Shown here in pieces: positions 1 through 8,120 of a stretch of DNA of 64,000 nt (its first letter is position 1; each line of letters opens with the position of its first letter). Under the pieces are notes generated by a model. The model saw nothing but the letters and a program-made list of their open reading frames with translations. It searched no databases and was not told the DNA's origin. Origin of the DNA: Pseudomonadota bacterium (lineage in GTDB: Bacteria; Pseudomonadota; Gammaproteobacteria; Burkholderiales; Burkholderiaceae_C); contig JBJOIT010000007.1 in NCBI GenBank assembly GCA_046046915.1, forward strand, positions 2,214 through 66,213, in the 5' to 3' direction. The translations under genes were made by a program, and so were the position numbers.

Positions 1-1492
1 AAGCCAGCTCACCACCTGGCGGGCACTGGCCGGGAACAACTGCCACGTTGCGTGGCTCGAAGCCAACGCACTCAAGATCTTGTGCCAGTCCCATGGCGCC
101 CTGGCCTATCACTTTCCATCCCTGCCTGGCACCGCCCATGCGGCGGGGACACAGCCGCGCTGATGCGAGAACGCCGCGTCTCGTCAGTGCTGGTGGTTGA
201 GCAGTCCCATCTGTTTGGGCTGGTGACAGACCGTGATTTGCGTAACCGGGTAGTCTCACAGGGCCTGGACATCGGCCGGCCGGTATCGGACATCACAACG
301 CTGGCGCCCATGACGGTGAATGCCGATAGCCCGGCCTTTGAAGCACTGCTGCTGATGGCCCGGCACAACATTCACCACGTTCCCGTGATGGATGGGCAAC
401 GGATCCTTGGGCATGATCACCACGCCCGACCTCACCGAGCAGCACAGCACATCGGCCGTGTATCTCGGAGGTGACATTTACAAGCAGACCACCCTGGAAG
501 GACTGAAAACCCTCAGTGCCCGGGTTCGCCTGCTGCAGCAACATCTGGCCGCTGCCGATGCAAGCGCCTACAGCACCGGCCACATCATCACCGCCATCAC
601 TGACGCCATCACCACGCGTTTGATCACCCTGACCGAGGCAGACCTCGGACCTGCACCGGTGGACTATGTGTTGGTAGCGGCTGGTAGCCAGGCGCGCAAC
701 GAGCAAACCGCCAAGTCAGACTAGGACAACTGCCTGATCCTGGACGATGCCTACGATGCTGAACTTCACGGCGCCTATTTTCAGGCGTTCTCCAAGCGGG
801 TCTGTGATGGCCTTGCCGCCTGCGGCTACACCCACTGCCCCCGAGAGATGATGGCGATGACTGACACATGGCGACAACCCCATCGCGTCTGGGTGGACTA
901 CTTTCACAACTGGGTAGACAGCCCCAAGCCCAAAGCACTGATGTTGACCTGTGTGTTTTTCGACTTGCGCGCGACACACGGTAAGGCGACCCTGCTGGAA
1001 AGTCTGCGACAGCACATCGTGTAAAAGACCCGGGGCAACAGCCTGTTTCTGGCCCACATGGTGAGCAACGCGCTCAAGCACACGCCCCCCCTGGGCATGT
1101 TTGGACAAATCACCCCGCGCAAAGGCACCGACCACCCCAACACGATCGATCTGAAACACAGCGGCATAGTTCCGATCGTGAATCTGGCACGGGTCTATGC
1201 CTTGGCGGGCGGTATTCACACCGCCAACACACACGACCGACTGGTGGCTTGCGCACACACCCATGAAATCAGTGAACAAAGTTCACGCGATCTGCAGGAT
1301 GCCCTGGAGTTTCTGGGCAAACTGCGCATCGCCCACCAGGCACGGCAGACGACGGATGACTTGGCCCCAGACAACTACCTGTCGCTCAACGAACTCTCCA
1401 ACTTTGAACGCAGCCACCTAAAAGATGCATTCAATGTGGTGCAGACGCTGCAGGGAGTCTTGTCGCAGCGCTATGCAGGGGCGCGGTTTTAA
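1..1492 (+). pseudogene. Disrupted CBS-pair / DUF294 putative nucleotidyltransferase gene (5' end outside window)
   Basis: ORF fragments 52-474 (frame 1), 392-724 and 1058-1492 (frame 2) read collinearly as one CBS + DUF294 + DUF294_C protein. Recognisable blocks: RRVSSVLVVEQSHLFGLVTDRDLRNRV, HNIHHVPVMDG, GSQARNEQTAKSD, DLKHSGIVPIVNLARVYAL, LSNFERSHLKDAF. Continuity requires a frame change near 409-413 and read-through of in-frame TAG 722-724 and TAA 1022-1024. Confidence 0.75.
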
Positions 1493-1517
1493 AGAACCCG
1501 CCCCTCACCTGCACAGA

Positions 1518-2771
1518 TCAAAGCACCCTGAATGCCAGCATGGCAATGATGGTGGGGAGGGTGGCCGCCACCAGCAGGCCCACTGGGTGGATGGCTTCAT
1601 CCTCAAAGTTGCCCCGCAGAATAGCAAACCCGGCCGGGTTGGGTGCGTTGGCGATCACCGTCAAGCCTCCGCCGGTCACAGCGCCGGCCACCAGGGCGTA
1701 CTTGAACTCGTCACTGAGGCCCTGAACCAGCGACCCCAGATAGGTCAAGGCCGCGTTGTCTGTGACCGCCGTCAGTGCGGTGGCACCAAAATACACTGTG
1801 GTCGCATCCATGCCACGCAGTAAGGGTTCCAGCCACCATTGCTGCTGCCCCCCCAGAACAACCAAGCCTGCCAGGAAGAAGGCGACCAGCAAGCCTTCTC
1901 GGAGCAACAGGCGCTCATCCTGGAACTTCGGGTAGGCCGTTGCAAAACCAATAAAAAACAGAAACAAACCCAAGAAAGCAGCGGCATGGTGCGCAAACGC
2001 GACGACACCCGCCAGGAACAGCAGGTGAACCAGGATGACCCAGACAGGCATCACGGTTTCGCTGCCTTGCCTGCCTTTGGGCAACCTGAGAAGTTCACGC
2101 TTGAATACCAGGGTCACGATCAACGCGTTGGTAAATACCGCGACAGCAGATTTCCAGCCGAAATGCGCCAGCATGTACCAGCTGTCCCAGTTCCACTTGG
2201 CAGCGACCATTAGCACCGGAGGTGCCGCAAAGGAGGTCAAGGTGCCGCCAATCGAAATATTGACGAACAAGACCCCCAAAGTGGCGTACTTGAGCTTGCT
2301 GGAGACACCGACACCGAAAATACGACCTCGCAACATGATCGCAGCCAGGGTCATGGCGGCAGGCTCTGTGATGAATGAACCCAGCAGGGGCAGAAATGAC
2401 AGGGCCACAAAATAGAACCCCATGCCACCACTCAAGGGGATGAAGCTGGCGATGAGGTTCACCAAGGCCTTGGCAACATGCAAAACAGCCCGGCTACCGG
2501 CCACCACCACAATGGCAAACACGAACATGGGTTCCGTGAAATTACGGCTGTCCAGGTAAGCTGCAGCCGACGCAGTGCCTTCGATGCCCATCATGGCAAA
2601 CATCAGGATCATGGCCCAGAATCCAAACACGACCTCAACCTCACCCAACATGTGCCACAGACCAGCATGATCTGGTCTGTGATGGGCCAACCACTCAAAG
2701 AACTTGGTCGAAAAAGTGTGTATCAACGCGATGGCAAACAAAGATGCGCCAACGATTTGTATGGTTGTCAT
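1518..2771 (-). CDS. Putative Na+/H+ antiporter-family polytopic membrane protein (Na_H_antiport_2-like), paralog A
   Basis: 417-aa hydrophobic ORF with a GGAG-type RBS about 10 nt upstream of ATG 2771. Full-length similarity to the second copy at 37040-38299. Shared blocks: HAGLxHxLGEVExVFGFWA, ITEPAAMT, LGVLFVNISIGGTLTSFAAPPVLMV, TAVTDNAALTYLGSL, GGGLTVIANAPNPAG. Confidence 0.8.
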   Translation of the reverse strand: MTTIQIVGASLFAIALIHTFSTKFFEWLAHHRPDHAGLWHMLGEVEVVFGFWAMILMFAMMGIEGTASAAAYLDSRNFTEPMFVFAIVVVAGSRAVLHVAKALVNLIASFIPLSGGMGFYFVALSFLPLLGSFITEPAAMTLAAIMLRGRIFGVGVSSKLKYATLGVLFVNISIGGTLTSFAAPPVLMVAAKWNWDSWYMLAHFGWKSAVAVFTNALIVTLVFKRELLRLPKGRQGSETVMPVWVILVHLLFLAGVVAFAHHAAAFLGLFLFFIGFATAYPKFQDERLLLREGLLVAFFLAGLVVLGGQQQWWLEPLLRGMDATTVYFGATALTAVTDNAALTYLGSLVQGLSDEFKYALVAGAVTGGGLTVIANAPNPAGFAILRGNFEDEAIHPVGLLVAATLPTIIAMLAFRVL

Positions 2772-3034
2772 AGGCGAACTTTCTCCTGTTTGACTGGGGA
2801 CGGTTTGGCCCGGGTAATGATCAGTACTTCACACGTGCGAAGTAGCTTGATGGTTCGGAGACGCTGAACTTACCCCATAAACCGTGCCGCCCCGATAACG
2901 TCATATTAGATCGCACAGCGAGAACCTCCAGACACTCCTGATTGGGATACACCCATGCCGAGGGCAGAAGTGTAGTCAGCTCGCAAGAGGGCATCACCAT
3001 CGCGGGATGGGCGCATCTGGCTGGCGTGGCCCAC

Positions 3035-3071
3035 AAAAATAAAAGGCCGTCTGCGGTTATCGCAGACGGCC
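3035..3071 (-). terminator. Rho-independent terminator after the small membrane-protein gene
   Basis: Perfect 11-bp stem GGCCGTCTGCG / CGCAGACGGCC (3045-3055 / 3061-3071) with a 5-nt loop. On the minus strand it is followed by TTTTATTTTT (3035-3044), 23 nt after the stop at 3094. Confidence 0.8.
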
Positions 3072-3093
3072 CCAAGGACCAAGTCAGAAAGAC

Positions 3094-3297
3094 TTACTTG
3101 GCGGGTGCTGGCTGAGCAGCTGCTGCGGGAGCAGCGGCTGGTGCTGCTGGCGCAGCGTCAGCAGGCTTCTTTTCTTCCGTGTGCACGGCATCAGCGCCGT
3201 GCTTTTCACCGCTCATGTCCAGGTTGTCGCCGCCCTTCATGATCACAAACAGCGCCAGGGCTGCAAAAACCACAAAACCAATAAAGATCTTCACCAT
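3094..3297 (-). CDS. Small membrane protein with one N-terminal TM helix and an Ala/Pro-rich tail
   Basis: Reads MVKIFIGFVVFAALALFVIMKGG... then AAPAAPAAAPAAAAQPAPAK. AAGGAG RBS lies 8 nt upstream of ATG 3297, so the annotated ORF start 3306 is less likely. Followed by a strong terminator. Confidence 0.6.
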   Translation of the reverse strand: MVKIFIGFVVFAALALFVIMKGGDNLDMSGEKHGADAVHTEEKKPADAAPAAPAAAPAAAAQPAPAK

Positions 3298-3404
3298 GTT
3301 CAACACTCCTTAAATAAAACCGAGATTCACTTGAAAAAAGGCCCTGCGATGGTGGCAGGGCCCTTCATCAAATGCCGCACTTCAGTATCGTGCGGCGACC
3401 AACA

Positions 3405-5168
3405 TCAGTCGTTGGCGAAGATGTCCACGTCTTTGGTTTCCTTGACGAACAAGCCACCAATCACGACGGTAGCACCGGCGATGATGATGGGGTACCACAA
3501 GCCGTTGTACATGTTACCGGTCTGCGCCACGATGGCGAAGGCGGTGGTGGGCAGCAAGCCGCCGAACCAGCCGTTACCGATGTGGTAAGGCAGAGACATG
3601 GAGGTGTAACGGATGCGGGTTGGGAACATTTCCACCAGCATGGCAGCAATAGGACCGTACACCATGGTCACCAAGATCACCAGGTAGGTGAGGATGATGA
3701 TGACGGTGACCTTGTCGAACTTGGCCATGTCAGCCTTGGCTGGGTAGCCAGCAGCCTTCAGGGCAGCGCCCAGGTTGGCACCCAACAGGGTACCGCTGGC
3801 GGTCTTCTCGTTGCTCAGGTCTTTGACAGACTTGGTGGCAGCTTCGATAGCCTTGGCATCCTTGGGTTCAGCAGCATTCAGAGCAGCCAGCTTTTCCTCG
3901 GCCTTGGCCTTGGCAGCAGCGATGTCTTCAGCGGAGTACTTCACGTTCACCACGGTCTCGCCAACCTTGATGGTGGCGGGGGTACCAGCAGCAGCCACTT
4001 CGTTGGAATAGCTCACCGAAGCGCCAGCCAGACGTTGCTTGGCAATGTCGCAAGAAGAAGTGAACTTCTTGGTACCGGTGGGGTTGAACTGGAACGAGCA
4101 CTCTGCGGGATCAGCAGTCACAACCACCTTGGAAGATGCTTGAGCAGCAGCCAGGTCAGGGTTGGCAGCCTTGGTCAGGGCTTCGAACACGGGGAAGTAG
4201 GTCAAAGCAGCCAGCAAGCAACCTGCCAAGATGATGGGCTTGCGGCCAATCTTGTCAGACAGCGAACCAAACACGATGAAGAACGGCGTACCGATGATCA
4301 GAGACACAGCCACCATGATGTTGGCGGTAGCACCGTCAACCTTCAGGGCTTGCGTCAGGAAGAACAAGGCATAGAACTGGCCAGAGTACCAGACCACAGC
4401 TTGACCGGCGGTCAGACCGACCAGTGCCAAGATCACGATCTTCAGGTTTTTCCATTGACCGAAAGATTCGGACAGAGGTGCCTTGGAGGTCTTGCCTTCA
4501 GCCTTCATTTTCACGAAAGCGGGCGACTCGTTCATGCTCAAGCGGATGTAGACCGAAATGATCAGCATGATCACCGAGACGATGAACGGAACGCGCCAGC
4601 CCCAGTCAGCAAAGGCTTCTTCACCGATGATGGTACGGGTACCCAGAATCACCATCAGGGACAGGAACAGACCCAGCGTAGCAGTGGTCTGGATCCAGGC
4701 GGTGTAGGCGCCACGACGACCAGCAGGTGCGTGCTCAGCCACATAAGTAGCAGCACCACCGTACTCGCCACCCAGGGCCAAACCTTGCAGCAAGCGCAGG
4801 CAGATCAGGATGACGGGAGCGGCCACGCCAATGCTGGCGTAGTTAGGCAGGATACCCACGATGAAGGTGGAAGCACCCATGATCAGGATGGTCACCAGGA
4901 AGGTGTACTTGCGACCAATCATGTCGCCCAGTCGACCGAACACCAGAGCGCCGAAAGGACGCACGATGAAACCGGCAGCAAACGCCAGCAGAGCAAAAAT
5001 GAAGGCAGATCCCTCATCCAGACCGCTGAAGAATTGCTTGGCAATGATGGCTGCCAAAGAACCGTACAGGTAGAAGTCGTACCACTCGAACACAGTGCCC
5101 AGCGAAGAAGCGAAGATAACCTTCTTCTCTTCTGCGCTCATAGGCCGAATCGCGTCAGCTGATGCCAT
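3405..5168 (-). CDS. MFS transporter, metabolite:H+ symporter (MHS) family, with a large extra loop domain
   Basis: Recognisable MHS blocks: EWYDFYLYG, GRLGDMIGRK (motif A), LQGLALGGEYGGAATYVAEHAP, GSLSDKIGRKP, EMFPTRIRYTS. GGAGA RBS upstream of ATG 5168. At 587 aa it exceeds the roughly 430-500 aa usual for the family. Confidence 0.9.
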   Translation of the reverse strand: MASADAIRPMSAEEKKVIFASSLGTVFEWYDFYLYGSLAAIIAKQFFSGLDEGSAFIFALLAFAAGFIVRPFGALVFGRLGDMIGRKYTFLVTILIMGASTFIVGILPNYASIGVAAPVILICLRLLQGLALGGEYGGAATYVAEHAPAGRRGAYTAWIQTTATLGLFLSLMVILGTRTIIGEEAFADWGWRVPFIVSVIMLIISVYIRLSMNESPAFVKMKAEGKTSKAPLSESFGQWKNLKIVILALVGLTAGQAVVWYSGQFYALFFLTQALKVDGATANIMVAVSLIIGTPFFIVFGSLSDKIGRKPIILAGCLLAALTYFPVFEALTKAANPDLAAAQASSKVVVTADPAECSFQFNPTGTKKFTSSCDIAKQRLAGASVSYSNEVAAAGTPATIKVGETVVNVKYSAEDIAAAKAKAEEKLAALNAAEPKDAKAIEAATKSVKDLSNEKTASGTLLGANLGAALKAAGYPAKADMAKFDKVTVIIILTYLVILVTMVYGPIAAMLVEMFPTRIRYTSMSLPYHIGNGWFGGLLPTTAFAIVAQTGNMYNGLWYPIIIAGATVVIGGLFVKETKDVDIFAND

Positions 5169-5302
5169 AAATAGTCTCCAACGTTAAAAAGTGGGCGCCG
5201 CAATCCGGCACTTGGGTGCGGACTATGTCGGGGGGTTCTGACGGCTTTCTGACAGGGCTTGCCGTGAAATTCGTCGAGATTCGACGCCGAACTTACAAAC
5301 TA

Positions 5303-5400
5303 AGTAATTACCCTAGGTCTATTTTTCTTAATGCGGAATATTTGCTGATTCAAGCCCGTTTACCCACATTTACTCATGCCCACGCATTAGGGTAATTACT
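5303..5400. repeat. 13-bp inverted repeat (AGTAATTACCCTA at 5303-5315, TAGGGTAATTACT at 5388-5400) in an AT-rich promoter region
   Basis: The two arms are exact reverse complements separated by 72 bp. Each arm contains the self-complementary core GTAATTAC. The repeat lies upstream of the MFS transporter start (5168) and downstream of the isomerase stop (5467). Confidence 0.7.
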
Positions 5401-5466
5401 GAGAACACCCTACACACAACAGGTGAATTGTTGGGGTCAGGATGGTCACCCTGGCATAAAAATGCC

Positions 5467-6105
5467 TCAAGCCTTGGAGAGAGCATGGGGTCTAAGAGCC
5501 GCTTGAGACCAGCCACTCCCCTCAAACCAAGGGTTGCCGTCCAGGTAATCGCGCAACATGGGCAAGGCATCCAGGCCCCAAAACAACTTGCCATCCACTT
5601 CAAAGCTCGGCACTCCGAACACGCCCTGGGCGACCGCCTGCTCGGTATGGGAACGCAATAGCGCCTTGACCTCAGGACCGTTGGGGTCCATCACCGGTGC
5701 TAGCGTTTCCTGCAGCTGGGCCAGCCGCGCGGGATCGACCGCATCCAGGCCGCCTTCCCAGACGTGGCGAAACAGGGTCTCGCACGCATAGCGGTTAGGC
5801 AAACCTTGCGCCTGAGCCGCAATCCCTAAACGCAACAGCGGTAGGGGTGTGAAGGGGTGCGCCGCCGGCATCTGGAAATCCAGCCCTTGGCGCTGGCCCA
5901 GCCACTGCACATGCCGGTAGGTCCACTCACGTTTGGCGGGTATTTCTGCAGGTCCCATCTGACCATGGTGGCGCAGGATGGCACCGAGCAAGACCGGCTT
6001 GTAGGTGACCTGATAGCTGTGCCCCTGCAGCGCATCGGGCAGGGCATCAAAGGCGAGCCAAGCAAAGGGGGAAATGAAGTCGAGGTAGCAGGTGATGTGT
6101 TTCAT
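5467..6105 (-). CDS. 2-hydroxychromene-2-carboxylate isomerase family protein (DsbA-like thioredoxin fold)
   Basis: 212 aa. The N-terminal block ITCYLDFISPFAWLA and the C-terminal block GVFGVPSFEVDGKLFWGLD are typical of the HCCA isomerase/DsbA-like family. Confidence 0.8.
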   Translation of the reverse strand: MKHITCYLDFISPFAWLAFDALPDALQGHSYQVTYKPVLLGAILRHHGQMGPAEIPAKREWTYRHVQWLGQRQGLDFQMPAAHPFTPLPLLRLGIAAQAQGLPNRYACETLFRHVWEGGLDAVDPARLAQLQETLAPVMDPNGPEVKALLRSHTEQAVAQGVFGVPSFEVDGKLFWGLDALPMLRDYLDGNPWFEGSGWSQAALRPHALSKA

Positions 6106-6186
6106 GGCGATGGTCTAAGACATACGGGCTGGACACGGTGGGGGAAAATGTCGCCATCGTCCTAGCGCCGTTTCTGCGCCCGTGCG

Positions 6187-7377
6187 ATGCACAACAGCCC
6201 CCACTATATGCAGTCCCGCTCACTCGAACGCAGCCTTTTGCCTTTCATCGCCTGCCAGGGTGCGTTTTCGACGCTGGCGGGCTTTGGTGCGGTGCTGGTG
6301 TTTGACCAGGGCGGCATGTCAGGTTCGCTGAGCTACACCGCCTCCATGCTCACGGTAGCCATGCTGGGCATCACGGTGCCCATGGCACTGGGCCGACGGC
6401 TGCAATGGCGCACCGCGCGCATCGTTCAAACTGCGTTTGGATTGCCTGCGTTGCTGCTGTGGTTTGCCGAGGGCCGGCCGCTGGTACTGGCGCTGGCCAT
6501 GGGCGGTTTTCTGGGTTTGAGTTGGGGGGCACGACACTGGCTGGAGCTCAGCCTGCTGCGCAACGAACAGCGAGACAGCTACGCCACTCATGTCACCGTG
6601 GTGACGGTGCTGGCCAGTCTGCTGGCAACTGCGGTGGTGGCGACCCTGCTGACGTGGATGGCAGAGTCGCCGCAAGCCGTGTATCGCAGTTATGCCGTCA
6701 TGGGGCTCCTGGGCGCCTGGTGGGCGGGCCGGCAGTTGCCGCACACCCCTGCCATGGGCCTGCAATCTCCCTGGCGGGTGATGCGCCAACCAGGCTTTGC
6801 CGCCTGTTTGCCCCTTTACTTTTTGGAGTCGGGTTTGCTGGGGATGGGTATGGTGCTAGGCGCCAGCGGTGCCGTGCAGTCTTTGGGTCAGACCAGCCAT
6901 TACGGTTGGGTCGCCAGTGCGGCGACCGTCGCAGGCGCAATCGCATTGTTTGCTCTGCGCCGCCACCGCCACGAGAGCAATCGGGTGCGCTGGATGGGCC
7001 TGGCAGCTGCAGGTATGGCACTTTCGCATGGGCTCCTTGGCGCCAGCGTGGGCTGGAGTGGTTCTTATGTGTTGCACCTGCTGCTACTTGCGGCGGTTCA
7101 GCCCTTTTGGCTGGCCAGTGAACAAGTGCTGAATCAAAGGGTGCTGGACATACAGGGCTCGCTGGCCGACCGCATCGTTGTGCGTGAAGGCATTCTGTGG
7201 CTGTTTCGAATGATGGGTCTGGCCGGCTTCTGGACACTGGTGCAAGACTGGCCGGTCGAGCACATGTTGATGCTGGGCGCAGCGCTGATGGCCTCGGCCA
7301 CCCTGCTGGAGTGGGCCTTGGGTCGGCTGTGGCTGATGAGCAGCTACGCGCCTGAGGGCAGTGTCTCCAGCCGCTGA
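6187..7377 (+). CDS. Polytopic membrane protein, MFS-like (function unknown)
   Basis: 396-aa ORF with about 10-12 hydrophobic segments and codon usage like its neighbours. No diagnostic motif recognised. The start is uncertain. Confidence 0.55.
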   Translation: MHNSPHYMQSRSLERSLLPFIACQGAFSTLAGFGAVLVFDQGGMSGSLSYTASMLTVAMLGITVPMALGRRLQWRTARIVQTAFGLPALLLWFAEGRPLVLALAMGGFLGLSWGARHWLELSLLRNEQRDSYATHVTVVTVLASLLATAVVATLLTWMAESPQAVYRSYAVMGLLGAWWAGRQLPHTPAMGLQSPWRVMRQPGFAACLPLYFLESGLLGMGMVLGASGAVQSLGQTSHYGWVASAATVAGAIALFALRRHRHESNRVRWMGLAAAGMALSHGLLGASVGWSGSYVLHLLLLAAVQPFWLASEQVLNQRVLDIQGSLADRIVVREGILWLFRMMGLAGFWTLVQDWPVEHMLMLGAALMASATLLEWALGRLWLMSSYAPEGSVSSR

Positions 7378-7595
7378 ACCAGCTGCTGCCACACCGCCCG
7401 TTTGCCATCGTCGGGCATACGCGGCCAAGCCATGATTTCATCGATGGTTCGCAGACAACCCTCGCACCAGCCGGTATCCACGTCGATGCGGCAGCGCGAC
7501 ACGCAGGGCGAAGGCACGGGCCCAGCCTGCTGCATGGCCGCCAATCCCGCCTGGAAAAGGGCGAGATGATGTGAGGATGCGAGTTTCAATGGCAT
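7344..7595 (-). CDS. DUF1289 domain protein (Cys-rich, putative Fe-S/metal binding)
   Basis: SPCVSRCRIDVDTGWCEGCLRTIDEIMAW matches the DUF1289 CxxC...CxxC signature. Starts 12 nt after the ybaK-like stop. Confidence 0.75.
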   Translation of the reverse strand: MPLKLASSHHLALFQAGLAAMQQAGPVPSPCVSRCRIDVDTGWCEGCLRTIDEIMAWPRMPDDGKRAVWQQLVQRLETLPSGA

Positions 7596-7607
7596 GGGGT
7601 AGCGACT

Positions 7608-8114
7608 TTAAGCCGCGGCCACGTCGGCCACAGGCGCGCCGGTCAAAGCCCTTAAATCATCGGGCGTCGAGGCAAACACCGCATGCGGATGGCCCGCCGC
7701 GGCCCAAATGGTCTGGAAGCGAAACAGGCTCTCGTCGATGAGCGTGACCGGTGCCTGGGCATGCGCCACGGGCGACACCCCACCAATCGAGAACCCTGTT
7801 TTGTTTTTCACGAAGTCGGCGTCCGCCCGCCCCAGCTTCTGGCCTTCAGCGCAGACCCATGCTTGCACTTTTTTCTCGTCCACCCGCCGATCACCCGCCG
7901 TGACCACCAGCACAGCCACCTCGTCGGGCTTGCGTTTGAAGATGATGCTTTTGGCAATCTGGCCCAGTTCAACGCCCAAAGCGTCAGCGGCCTGCTGGGC
8001 CGTGCGTGCGGCATCATCCAGCATGACAGGCGCATGGGGGTGACCCTCAGCGGCCAGAAAGGCGGCAACACGCTGGGTACCTTCGGGCAAAGGTTTGACT
8101 TCTGCACCACACAT
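7608..8114 (-). CDS. YbaK/EbsC-family aminoacyl-tRNA deacylase (trans-editing domain protein)
   Basis: 168 aa. The blocks IAKSIIFK, LVVTAGDRRVD and GFSIGGVSPV are typical of the YbaK/ProX editing-domain family. Starts 6 nt after the liuE stop. Confidence 0.8.
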   Translation of the reverse strand: MCGAEVKPLPEGTQRVAAFLAAEGHPHAPVMLDDAARTAQQAADALGVELGQIAKSIIFKRKPDEVAVLVVTAGDRRVDEKKVQAWVCAEGQKLGRADADFVKNKTGFSIGGVSPVAHAQAPVTLIDESLFRFQTIWAAAGHPHAVFASTPDDLRALTGAPVADVAAA

Positions 8115-8120
8115 GACCCA

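Noticed and set aside
2821-3075. 84-aa minus-strand ORF in the spacer between the small membrane-protein gene and antiporter-like paralog A.
   Set aside because: It runs through the rho-independent terminator hairpin, has no RBS and has atypical composition. The region is treated as untranslated leader instead.
3372-5162. 596-aa ORF on the plus strand covering almost the whole MFS transporter gene.
   Set aside because: It is the mirror frame of a well-supported minus-strand gene in high-GC DNA. The translation is low-complexity (Gly/Asp/His/Gln-rich) with no recognisable domain and no RBS.
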